Source: Geosiphon pyriformis uo1 (Eukaryota; Fungi; Glomeromycota). From it: a DNA stretch of 64,000 bases. Numbering within the stretch: position 1 is the first letter of the stretch; the number at the start of each line of letters is the position of its first letter. A model generated the notes under the pieces. The model saw nothing but the letters and a program-made list of their open reading frames with translations. It was not told the origin of the DNA and did not search any database. The position numbers and the translations under genes were made by a program. Below are positions 1 through 12,628 of this stretch, in pieces. The stretch lies in contig JAAOMT010000269.1 of the NCBI GenBank assembly GCA_016748015.1, positions 194,116-258,115 of the forward strand. Reading direction: 5' to 3'.

Positions 1-2376
1 ATGTGTTACTTTCTATTAGTGGTTCTAATATTTTAGTTGTGAAAAGGAGGGAATCTCATCAGTACTTGGGAATTTTTATTTCGTCTGATGGCTTGTCCAA
101 ACTGAGCTTGGCCAAAGCCCATTTGGATGTCAGGTTTTTCTCGAATGTGGTTTTGAGGAAGGCCATCACTAAAAAGCAATTTTTGTACTTGGTTTCTGCT
201 GTTTTACAGCCTATTGTTTCTTACAGGCTTCAGTTTAGTTGTGTTTCGAAGAGTGTCTGTGATAGATGGGATGTTATGTTGAAAAAAGACTTGAAGCTTA
301 AAGCAAACCTGCCTAAAGACTTTCCTAGTGATGCATTGCATCATCCTGAGTTATTTGGTTTAAGAACTTTTGAGCAAGTGCTTACTGAGAATCTTCTGGC
401 TAGTTTAATTAGTTTTGCTAATGCTAGTGGAATTCTTGGCAGATTGTTTGATCATAGAGCAATGGATTTGCAGGCTGCTAGTTGGATGTCCAGACATCCT
501 CTCTGGTTTCCAATCAGGTTAATGATAGATCCAATAGACTGCTTCCTGTCTGGTGTAACATGTGCCCTTGTTTTATGCAACTTGTCCCTGGATGGTGATA
601 TGTTTGATGTTTTTCAGACTGGTAGTGGTGTGACAGTTCTAGATATGTTGGTCTCTGATTCTTATTTGTGCATGTCAAAATATCTTAGATGATATGGTAT
701 AGTGTTTGTAAACCAGATTCTGAACCACAATGGTTCCTGTTTTTCCTGAAACACCTTTTGCTGATGGAAGAGGCTGGACCCCAGAGGCCTGGTTTCTGCT
801 TGGTTTACTGCTCTGGTCAATTTTGTCAGTGCTGGTGGTTTGTCAGGTGGTGGGTTTGTGCCTTTTTGTCCCACTTTGGCTGGTGTTCCTTGTGACTTTA
901 GTTATGTTCATAACCAATTGTTGGCTTCTGGTTTGGATCCTGTAACTATTTACATGGATGGGTCTGTTAAATATATGGGTTCAGTAGATGCTCACAGAGG
1001 TACAGCTGCTTACTTTTCTGGGACTGACATCAGCATTGGGGTCAGTATTAATGGATTGCTTTCTTTGACCTTGGTGGAGCTGCAAGCCATCACTTTAGCA
1101 TTGAAATGTATGTCTGGTTCTAGTTCAGTTGTGTTGTTTATGAACAGTCAAGCATCACTTAATATGTGCTGCTCTGGATCTGGTGGGTTTGGTCCTGATT
1201 TTTGGGATAAATGTTGGATTGAGAAGGAATATATTGGTCAAATTATTTCTAGAAAGGGTTTATCAGTTACTTAGAATAAGATCAAGGGTTATTCTGGTGA
1301 TGTTGGGAACAAGCGTGCCAATTTCTATGCCAATTCTACTGTTACCTCTAGCTTTATTTTGACTTCTGTGGTGCCTTTTCATTTTCTCAGAGTAGAAAAA
1401 AGGCCTGTTTCTGGAAATGCTCACCAATTTGTTAAGACTTTGTTTAATGTGATTAACTTTGTTGGTTGGGAAGCCAGATGTGCAAGTGTTTTTGTGGATG
1501 CAATTCTCTATGGTGGTTTTGACAGGGCTAGGACTTTTAATGTTTGGCATTCTGATGGCAAGATTGGCTCTGACTTCACCAGCTCGACGTCAATGTCGCT
1601 CCGCTTGTATTTTATGAAAGTGCTGTACTGTCATTTGCTGGTGGCTACCAGGAAAAGATTGTATAATTCTAAGTATCCGAGCATTGCTTACATCAGGTGT
1701 GGCTTGTTGGAGAATTCTGATCACACTTTCTCTTGCCTTTCTGATAACAATGCTAGGAAGGAGTTGTTGTCTACTGCTGCTCTTGATTGGGCTGACTCAT
1801 TAGATGTTTGTACTGATAATAGTGTGGTTTTTCATTTTTTGGAAATGGCAGCTGTGTCTACTAAACTGTATATGGCACTAGCTAAGGGTTTTGTGTTGAA
1901 ATCTTGGGTAGATGATGTGTGTTGCTGGTTGGGTGCTAATTTTGATGGTGGTGCACTTGTTGTCAGGTTTGTCTGACACTTCGCCAAGAATCACCATTCT
2001 TCTATATGATTGCCTGCTGTTAAGTTGAGAGCGTATTATGAGAAACATAATCTTTTGCCATATGATGGTTCTTCGATTTCCTTGGTCTCAGGTCTGTTTT
2101 CCTTGTGGTCATCTGATATTATCCATGGTTTCAGTGTTAAATTAGGCGTACATGTTAGTTTTGAGCTGTATCCGTGTTTGTCAAGTTTAGATTTTGGTTT
2201 CCTGAATGGCATTCCTGTTGTAGGCTGTGTAGGTATATAGTGTTGTTTTGATTAGCCCAAGTGGCTGGTCACATGTAGAAAATGCATGAGTCATGCTTAA
2301 TTTAGATCCTCGTTTGATTTATGTACTTAGGTAGTGGTTGGGCTGCACTCGTAAAAAAAAATAAAAAATAAAAAAA
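1..2376 (+). mobile_element. LINE (non-LTR retrotransposon), 3' part of ORF2 (post-RT, RNase H, C-terminal CCHC), 3' UTR and A-rich tail; degenerate
   Basis: ORF pieces HQYLGIF, IYMDGS...VELQAI...NSQ...KIKGYSG (RNase H), YIRCGLLENSDHTFSC; stop TAG at 2240, then the family 3' UTR and poly(A) from ~2353. Homologous to 17036-19270. Nonsense codons are TGG/CGA/CAA transitions. Confidence 0.93.
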
Positions 2377-2519
2377 ATATTAATTATATAATAAAAAATA
2401 AAAAAAATTTTAATTTTTTAATTTTATATATATTATAACTTAGTTAAAAAGCTAAATTAAAAAACTTAAATTAATTTTTTGTATAATTTTAAAAATAAAA
2501 TTTTTTTTTATTATATTTA

Positions 2520-3000
2520 TATTTATAATTAGAAAAAAACTGTAAATATTACTTTTTTTATAATAATTAATAAAATTTTAACATAAAAATATTTTATTGT
2601 TGTAAAAACAGCTAAGTAAAATATTTTAAATATATATTTTTTTAATATTAATAATACAAAGCTGTTTTTGGTAATATTTAAAACATTTGTTTTTGGTTAA
2701 TAATTTTTTTAATTAAATTTTTTTTTAAAAAACATATTGAAATTGGTTTTAATATTTTTTTTTAGTTGTAAAAATTAATTAAGTTATAAAATAAATTTTA
2801 ATTTAGTTATAATAAATAATAATATTATAGATTTTGTTAAAATCCTAACTAATCTATTAAAAAACTTTGCTAATTTTAAAGTTGATTTTAATTAAATAAT
2901 TTAAATAATTAATTACATATAAAAAAGATATAAATTATAGCTAATTTAAAATATTTGAATTTTATGTTATAGTTAATAAATAAATTATATTTTATTAAAA
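2520..3000 (+). mobile_element. Extremely AT-eroded ghost of the ORF1-only element 5' region (2520-2770) and of the family 3' UTR (~2885-3000)
   Basis: aataaaattttaacataaaaatattttattgttgtaaaaacagctaagtaaaatattttaaa aligns with 9931-9992; aagctgtttttggta matches 10021-10035; ttaaataattaattacatataaaaaagatataaattatagctaattt matches the 3' UTR core. Confidence 0.6.
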
Positions 3001-3404
3001 AGTTTTTATTTAATTTAAAAAAATGTTTTTTTTTTGTTTATTTAAAAAAATGTTTTAAAATATAAATAAAATAAAAAGTTAAATTAAGTATAATTAAAGA
3101 TAATAAAAAAAAAACAAGTATATATTAATATATAATATATAATATTTGTATTTAAAAAATGTTGTATAAAATAAATAATATATAAATTTAAATAAGTAAA
3201 ATAAAAATTTATAAGATATTTTATTAAATTTAAATTTAAATTTTTTTTATTATTTTTATTATTATTATTTTTTATTTAATTTAATTTATAATTATATATA
3301 TTGATATTTAATTTTAATATTTAAAATTATTTAAAAATTTGTTTTTTATTTTTATAAAATTAAATAAGTTTTTTAGTATTAAAAAAAAATTTTAACCAAA
3401 TTTT

Positions 3405-3705
3405 TTTTTAATATTGTAAATATTAATTTTATAGTTTATAGAAATTATTAAATTTTTAATAAAATATTTATCTTTAAAGTATTTTTTTTAATTTTAAATT
3501 ATATGTGTTATTAAACTTATAATAAAATAGTCAATTCTATATTAATAAATTTAAATAAAAGTCAACTTTTTTGCAAAAAAAGTTTAATTGTAAACTTTTT
3601 AATAATATGTAATTACTTTATAGTAAAATCAACTTTTCTATAGAAATCTTAACTATAAACTTTTTAATAAAAGTAATTAAAAAAAATAAAAATAAATAAT
3701 AAAAT
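3405..3705 (+). repeat. Unclassified ~300-bp dispersed repeat with palindromic units and A-rich tail, copy 1
   Basis: Colinear with 31390-31700 (aataaaatagtcaattctatattaat vs aatagaatagccaattctatactaat; aaaagtcaactttt units); partial reverse copy near 38280-38350. Confidence 0.7.
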
Positions 3706-5339
3706 AATAGTTTTATCATTTTTTTTTATAAATTTATAAAATAATTAATTTTGATTTATTAATAAAAAAATAAGAATATAAATACATTAGAAAAATATTT
3801 TAATTTCTTATAATTTATTATTTACTTTTTATTAAATCTAATTCATCTATTCAACTTTAATATATATATATATATATATAAAATGCAAGTTAATAAAAAA
3901 TAATTAATTAAATTTAAAAAGGTTATAATATCTATTTACATTGAATCTAATTCATTCGTTTCCTGTGGTTTAACCGCTGACCATTTTTTTTGAGTACGAA
4001 ACCAAATAAAGACGCCATAAAGTCGAGAAATTAAATTCATTGTTAAAATTATTGAGCTCATAGTGAGACTCATTAGGGGAATAATATTATAGGAGAAAGT
4101 GTTTCGATGATAAAAAACCTTATATAAAAAATAATTATATATAAGATATTATTTAATTTAATAAAAGATTGAAAATTTTCATTTAGTTAAAACGTACCTG
4201 AATTATAAATTGTGAAATATCTTCAATAAAAATATTAATACCACTACTCCAAAAGATTAAATCTTCAACTTTTTTTGGATATTGGGGCATATTAAATATC
4301 AAAGTTGGCATATTTCGAATAGAGATTTAGAGCATCAATATCGGCAGCATATAGCAGAGTAAATAATGCAGCTGGTTTTGCATGTTGCCGAAACCACAAC
4401 AGATATTCATCATTTATGGTAATCTCTGTAATTACGATGTACACTGCTAGTACACTATTAAAGAGAAAAGGTATAACTATAAAAAGAATGCTAATTGATA
4501 AAATAATTAATAATAATAATAATAATAAAATTTTATTAGATTTTAAGGAATTTAATAAAGATTTAAAAAATTTGAAGGATTACCTTGGTAAATATAAATC
4601 TTTCACATCTTTTCCATTATTTATAATAAATATGATATCGATTACAACATCGACTAGAATTAATGTAATAGAAACAATTGCAAAACTATTGCCCTAAATT
4701 AACAAAAAAAAGGTATTAAATTTTTAAAATAATAATTACTACAATAAAAAACCGAAAATAATAATAATAATAATAATAATAATAATTCATACCTTGGGAT
4801 TTTTCTTTTTTCCTATAAAATATAGGGTTATTACTATTATAGCAATAATAGCCAAAGATTCGTTAAAAAAATTAATTGTTAAAAAAGTAAATAAATAAAT
4901 AAATAAATAAATAAATACATAAATACATTTAGTTATATAAATTCTATAAAACTCAAAAATTTAAAAAAAAACCTCACGTTTAACTTGGAACCCGTAAGTC
5001 TCATCTAAAAATTCCGTATGTGAATGAATGCTAATAGGAGTGATCCATTTATTTCTAATCATTGTATCGAGATCATTTGCAATTTCCATGGGATTTCTTT
5101 CCAATTCATCATTTATTGAAGAAAATTTTGAGTTGTAATATTTCGTGAACTGCTGATCCTGATTTATCAGTCTTATGAACAATGATTTTGATACGATCTC
5201 TTTCGACTGGAATGGTTAAAGCCAATTGATCTTCAAGTGTTGTGAAAAATTCATATTCCTTTTTAACCTTTGTGAAATTCGAAGTTCCACTGTATTCAGA
5301 CGCAAAAGCCCAGTCAGGGAAGCTTAAATCAATAAACAT

Positions 5340-5370
<31 letters not shown>

Positions 5371-5467
5371 TAGACGACGAGATTTAAAATTTTCTAATAG
5401 AAAATAAGCAATAAACCTTCTTACCTGCATGTTTACTTTTTTTTGGTGGTCCTAGAATATTCCAACG

Positions 5468-5614
5468 AAATGAATGAACCAACGAAGGAACGAACGAAGG
5501 AACGAAGGAATGAACGAACGAACGAATGAACGAAGGAACGAAGGAACGAAGGAACGAAGGAACGAAGGAACGAAGGAACGAATGAACGAATGAACGAATG
5601 AACGAACGAATGAA
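5468..5614. repeat. Intronic compound microsatellite (GAAC/GAAG/GAAT)n
   Basis: gaaggaac and gaatgaac units in tandem. Confidence 0.95.
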
Positions 5615-5889
5615 TAATTAATTAATTAATTAATATTTAAATGAATTTCCCAAGAAACCAAAAAAATTAAAAATATATATTTACCTGTTTTAAATTGCCA
5701 AATATTTCTATATCTTTTACAAAATTATTATCGACGACTATAAAATAATCTTTATCCGGTTGATTAAATGTGCTTTCTAATACTGTTTCCACTATAACAG
5801 TTTTCTTGTCCGAACTCACACGACAATTCTTTCCAGATATACTTTGTCGTAGAATTGGTATAGTGTCATTGATTTGATAAATAGAAATA

Positions 5890-6061
<172 letters not shown>

Positions 6062-7757
6062 TAGATAATGAGATTTTATTTAAATAAGTGATATTTATTT
6101 CGCGTTACCCCAATAGAATTATCGTATTAAGAGGAGGGTAAGTAATTTTGATTAAAGGATTTTCATATCCAGTTTCTATTCAAAAATAAAAATATTAATA
6201 AAAATTATAAAAAAATTTTTTAAAAAAATCTAATCACATTCAATCTTACCTTTTTTTGAAAAATATGGTAAATTCTTAAAGTATATTATAACATTGTTCC
6301 CTTCTAATGTAGCAATCAATAAAGTATTTTTTGGTAAGGTAATCCAGGAAGATTTGGAAATCAGGGAAATGTACCATGAATCGTTCTGCTTTCCAAATTG
6401 GTCATTTAAAGTAAATACTTCATAATCATCCGATTTCCGGGTATCAGTCATTTTTCCTCCATAAGGTAGCGGAAATGTTTCTGAAAATGTGAAATGTGAT
6501 TGCCGAGATCCGGCGTTATTAGCATATTCATAATTCGTGTAATATTTTAACACTGCTCCCCCTCGTAGAAATAATATTGTAAATTGATATATTTTTGTAA
6601 TTCCGGATTCCATTGTTTTTTTGCCATAGTGAACAATAATAACCCAAACCATCTTTTTGAGCATCACATACGTCGAACCTCAAATCATTTGCGTCACATT
6701 GATAGAGTAGAAAATGAGGACCAAAATCATTTGTTTCTGGTTCCCAAAATGTGACATATACCGATTTTTTTATGTTTATACTGAGAGAATTTTGAACAAT
6801 ATATGCAAACCCAAAGCCTCCTTCATTTGTGGCAAAAAAAGAATTGAATTCTAAAACCTATATCAAATTTCCTTCGAATTCAATCTTTTTAGGACCAAAA
6901 ATTGGTTCAATATTTTGATTGGAATCAGTTCTATATATATATATATATATATTAAATTAAATGTTTAATATTATTTAAAAATTTATGTTTATATATTCAA
7001 TATATCAATATATCAATATATATATTGATATTGATATTGAATAATTTCAAATCTTATATTTATTAACTTACGGAGTATTATAAATAGTCCATTCCATTTC
7101 TGTATTATTATTATTATTCGAAATAAGGAATTTGTCATTTTGAATATTATTTATTAATAACTTTGTCACCTGTACCTAATTCTATAAAACTAAATAAAAT
7201 AATTATTAATTATCTTCAATTAAATTTAAAAATTAAACAAATTTTATTTTTAAAGAGTGATTTAATAATAATAAAAACCTTGGAATTTATGTTCCATTCC
7301 AAGAAAATATTTTCCCTTGATTTTCATATTCCAAAAAAAGATAATTAGAATTAAGAGGATAAATATTAGTTATATTATTCTTATATTTATAATATTTTTC
7401 TTCGTTTCTAAAAAATTATCCATTAATTGTAAGCTTAAAGTATGCAACATAATTGTAGTGAAAATAATAAAATTCTATTATTGTTATTCCATCTTTTTGA
7501 AAATAGAAAATTCTTTTAATGAAACCAATTTCCTTTGAATCAATTGGGTGTACCGTTTCATTCATTGATGAACTCTTACTAATTGAGATAAAAAATGTTA
7601 AAAATATTGAAATAATCAAGAGGTAATATGATGAATAAAATAAACGGCTGAGAAAAATTGTTTCATTTTCAAAAAAAAAAAGAAAAAAAGAAAAAGAAAA
7701 AAGTTTTTAGAAAAATTTTTTTTTGAAGGAGTTGGTTTTTTTTGTTTTACCCCCAAA

Positions 7758-7813
<56 letters not shown>

Positions 7814-9799
7814 GATAAAAATAATATAATATTATCGGAAATTTTAAAATAAAATATAGTTAAGATTACCTTCATATCATGTTAGGACTATTTTGTAAAA
7901 ATAATAAAAAATTACCTTAATTAAATCTAAAAATACTATTAACTTTTAAAGTTAGTCAATAACTGAATTCGTATAATAAGACAGCTATTATTATAATTTA
8001 TCGTTTAAAGGCTTAACTATGAATCATAGAAGAAAAGCACAGCAATGTACTGTAATCCTTTAAACACATTGAAATATAAAAATAAATAAAGTCAATCCAT
8101 AAAAAAACTAAAAATATTTAATTTTGATACCATTAAATGAACCATAAATAAACTTTACATGTTTTTTTTCTATGATAAAAAATGAAAAAGTTATCACATA
8201 TAAAGCTTTTTCATTATTATTTTTTTTTTACCCAATTCGAATCAAAGAAAGTTCCATGTGATAAATTTTATTTTCACTATTTTTAAACTGAGAATCAAAT
8301 TTGTAACTTTATATATAATATATATATAATTTACAATAGAAATGAACCTATCAGTCAAAGAACATAGAAAAATGATATTTAAATTACTATTGGAATGAGA
8401 GTAAATATTTGGTATCAAAATTAAATAATAATAATAATAATAAAGTTTTTTTTCTCTGCAAAAAACTAAATACAAAAGAAATAACCATTTTATATTACAC
8501 AATTAACAAATATTAAAATCACTTGATGAAATTTTAAAAACATTAATATGTTTAAATAGGTCAAATTTTATTTTATTTAATAAATGAAAATTTTTTTACT
8601 TTCTGATGAAGATTGTTGCAAAAAAAAAATGACCAGTTTATTCAAGATAAAAAGATTATACAAATTTTTTTAAAATAAATTCATAACGAGTTGATTATCG
8701 AAAAAAAAAATTCAATATTAAATTTTATATCAATAAAGTTTGTTGTTTTTAACCTTTAAAACAATATACACTAATCATACATTTTATCGAATTGTAATCA
8801 AAACTTATATTAACACTTGATTTTTTCTTTATACATCTATTTGTGGTTAATATAAATATGTAAAGTTCAGAGATTTAGGTTTTACCCATAGTGTGTGGCA
8901 TGTAAACAACGCATAATTCACGTTTACTTTAAATATTTACATGTTTAAACTTGGTAAATTGTGATCTCATTAGCATATTAAAAAAAATTTACTTGTATTT
9001 CTAAAATTAGCTTTTGTCAAAATTACAAAAAAACATAATTGTTTTTTATAAATAAATATTTAATATAAAAATTCAAATTAAAAGTCATTATCTATACTTT
9101 AAGAAAATGTAAAACAATTTTTTATTTGTTGTCAAATAAGAAAAAAAGAAATTTAATCATATAATACTTTGTAAAATATTTATATATATTTATAATATAT
9201 AATTGAAATTTTTTTTATCAATTTTAAAATTCTTGTTTTTTTTAAAATTTTTCAATTATTTAAAAAAAATAATAATTTATTTTAAAAGTTTTTAATTATC
9301 AGTTTTTATATGTTTTATATATTACAATAATATTTTTATATTTATATACTTAAAAAAAAGTATATATTTAAAAAATAACCAAACAATAAAATAAATAATG
9401 TTTTATAGTAAATATAAACTGTGTACTTTTTTATATATAATTAACTATCAAATCAATTAAAACAATTTAAATTAAATTTAATACTATATTAAATTAAAAA
9501 ATAAACAGATTATTAAAAAATATCTAATAAATATTTTTTAATAAATATTAGTATTAGTTTCTTGTAAAAATTAAATAATAAATATTTTTTAAAAAAATAA
9601 TTATTAATAATTTAAAACTTGTATTTAATATTATATTAATTAACTATTACAGTTTTTTTAAAATTATTTAATTATTTAATTAAGTTTTATGTATTGTTTT
9701 TTTATTTTAAAATAGTTTATATGTTTTAAAAAATCAATAAAAAATTATTTTTTTGTTAAAAGTTTTCTTAAAAATTGGTTATAAAATTAAAAATTAAGT

Positions 9800-12140
9800 T
9801 TTTAAATATTATATTTAAATTACCTGAAAAAATATTAAAAAAAAGAAAAACTCTTTATCTCCTTAATTTTATAATTACAACCAGAGCAAAGAGTAAAAAA
9901 GCTGTACCTGATATCTGTCCTGAAATATCTAATAAAATTTCAAACAGAGAAGCTCTTTCTGTTGTAGAAGCAACTAGGCAAAACGTTTTAAAAGCCTTCT
10001 TCTTATCCAGTAATTGTGATAAGCTGCTTTTGGTAGCCACTGAAGCAACTTCCTCATCTTTGGCTGGTTTCTCACCAGTTAAAGTCCTCTCAAAGAGACA
10101 CACCTGGATTAGTCCCAGTGTTGTCTCCACCCCAACCAAGAGCCCAAAAGTTTTTAATAATAGACCAGTAAATAAGCTGGTTTTTCCCTTTATAGATTCA
10201 ACACCTGATGCTTCTAGCACCACCTCTTCAAAAAAAATGGTCAAAAAGACCAGAAGTTCAGAAAAGTGGGAACAGTTGCTTGCCTCTGCTATTGTTACAC
10301 CGAATCCCTTTGTGGTTCCCAATAAGATCTTAGATGAGATCTTTGTAGCATTATCTGATACATCATCTAAAATGAGCCAAGATTAACCACTGGCTGTATT
10401 GCCAAATGTGATGTCTTCTGACAGATTTTCACCAGTTTTAGAAGCAAAACAATCTCCTCCTGTTGGGTCATCTGTTCTTAAAAACTGGGCTGATCAAATG
10501 AAAACTGAATCATCTCCTCCTCTAGTTTTTGGTACTACTTCTGGTGGTGCTTAGGAAACTATTACTAGTCATTAAAGGTTTGCTGGGTGGGTGGCCTCCA
10601 CTCTGGTGCTTGGTGCTACTTTTAAGATCAAATTGGCTCATGTTAAGGCTGTTTTTCAGTCTGTGCATGGTTTCTTGGGTGCTAAATCTGTTTCAAAAGA
10701 CAATGTAAAGCTTTTCTGTGTGGAGTTTGTTTTTCAACAGTCTTTGGAAGCTGCATTTCTGGTTGAGCTTACAAGCTCTGTTCGTTTGGCCACTTTCAAA
10801 ATTGCCAAGTCTTTGGTGGTTTCTAAATTTGGTTCCTCTCCTGCTGCTGTTGCGCTGCATGATGTACCTTTGGGTGTGTCTGCTGCTAACATTAAGTTGG
10901 CTCTCAGTGTGTTTAGTAGTGTCACTCGTGTTGTGCTGAAGCCTGCTGGCATTTGGCAGTATGTGGTGATTTATTTTGAAAAATTGAACTCTGCTGTGTC
11001 TGCCTTAAAGCATTGGTCAGTCTTGATGAGCAAGGATAGTATTAGAATTCTTTTTTTGGTGAATCAAAATGAGATTATTTTGTCTCATGATAAGTTTAAG
11101 ACCAAATTGGTCAACCTTCCCCCTGGCTGTACCACCTTTGAAATCAGTGATATAATTTCTCAGATTGGTGGTCAAACATGTTTCATCCCTTGTTCTCCTA
11201 ATTCTGGTTGTCGTTTCTGGTTTGCTTTGGTTACATTTGACTCTCAAGACAATTTAGATTCTGCTGTAGTCAAGACTGGTACTCTAAGGAAATGCTGTAT
11301 CTGGTGAGAAACTTCTGGCTGCTGATGCTGCTTTAAGTGTCAAAAGATAGGCCATCTGGCTGTAGATTGCAAAATTTCTCCATCTCCTACTCCTAAGGTT
11401 CCCAAGATTTTCAAGTCTTATTTTGTGGGTGGTGTTTCCTATGCAAAAGCTTCTGCTTCCCTGGATTCTTTTGAGTTTCCTCCCTTGGCAGCTTCTACTT
11501 CCCTTTTTATGGTTGTTGGTGATTCTTTAGTGTCTTCTCAGTTGGCTTCTTTGGAATCTAATATGGTCAAGCTTTCTACTTTGGTTGAGTCTATTGTTAA
11601 ACCAGTTGGTTTCTTGGTCAAATTGTTTGAGCAATTTGTTAATAGGGATTTGGTCTCAAGCAGTAAACTTGGCCTTAAGGTCAATGAAGTTATGGTACAT
11701 ATGGATTTTTTTAATAAGATGGTTGGTAAGTTGGGAAAGGAAGTAGTTTCTTTAAAAAAAGAATGCTGCATGGAGGATATTGATATGTCTGGTGATTCAA
11801 AGCTTCTAGTTGGTATGAATGATAAGATGTTTTCTAACTTGTTGTCCCTTTGGGAACATGAGCCTATTGATGTTAAAGCTAATGCCTTAAAAACAGCTGA
11901 ATGACTGGTTGGATTGGTTTCTTGTAGTGCGACTCTGTTTTTTGTTATTCAAAAAATATCATCTTTGGGTAAGTTTTCTTCTGGTACATCAACATAGTAT
12001 AGCCTAAACTGGCTCAAGTAGCTGGTTACATGTAGAAAATGCATGAACTACATCTAATTTTAAGACCCTACATAGTCATAATGTATTAAATAGTAGTTGG
12101 GCTTTGCTCGTTAAACTCTAATAAAATAAAAAATAAAAAA
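9800..12140 (+). mobile_element. Non-autonomous ORF1-only (HAL1-like) non-LTR element with the LINE-family 3' UTR and A tail
   Basis: The ORF1 stop is followed directly by the ~120-nt 3' UTR that ends ORF2 in the LINE copies; no APE or RT sequence. 5' boundary approximate. Confidence 0.85.
9871..11997 (+). pseudogene. ORF1/Gag-like protein (~708 codons; RRM-like domains, CCHC knuckle, C-terminal coiled coil) of an ORF1-only retroelement
   Basis: ORF pieces at 9775, 10591 and 11425 and the TAG at 11995-11997 share one frame, broken only by transition-derived stops. Motifs ALSVFSSVTRVVLKPAGIWQYVVIYFEK, KLVNLPPGCTTFEISDIISQIGGQTCFIP, CFKCQKIGHLAVDC. Start inferred as ATG>ATA at 9871. Confidence 0.85.
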
Positions 12141-12628
12141 TATAATTACTATTTAATAGTTTTTTTTTGTTTTAAAAAAAGTTTTTAATTGTTAATAAAC
12201 AGTTATTTAAACATAAATTTAATAATTTAATTATTCAAAATAAAAAAATATTTGATTAAAAATTATTAAATAAAAAATTAATTAATATTTTTAAAATAAA
12301 CTTTTTAAAAAAATTTAATTATTAAATAAAAATAATATTTAAATTTTTTTATTTTAAAAAACTTATTTAAATTGTTTAACATAAAAATAAGTGTAAATTT
12401 TTTAAATTTGTTTAATTATTTTTGTTATTTTTATTAATTTAAAACTTTTAAAAATTTTTATAAATTGCATAAATTCTAATATTAAGCAATTTATTTATAA
12501 TATATTCTCTCTTGTTAATCCTTTGGCCACAACAAGAGTGTAAACTTTGTCGAAGAAATAATTTCTCCCTTTTTTTTTTACTTTCAATTTTCACAGTTAT
12601 TTCTTTTCTTTCTGATTTATTTGTCACT

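Noticed and set aside
2238-2360. Known self-cleaving ribozyme (hammerhead or HDV) in the 3' UTR or LTRs
   Set aside because: No CUGANGA/GAAA hammerhead core in the right arrangement and no HDV P1.1/P4 layout found by eye; reported only as structured RNA.
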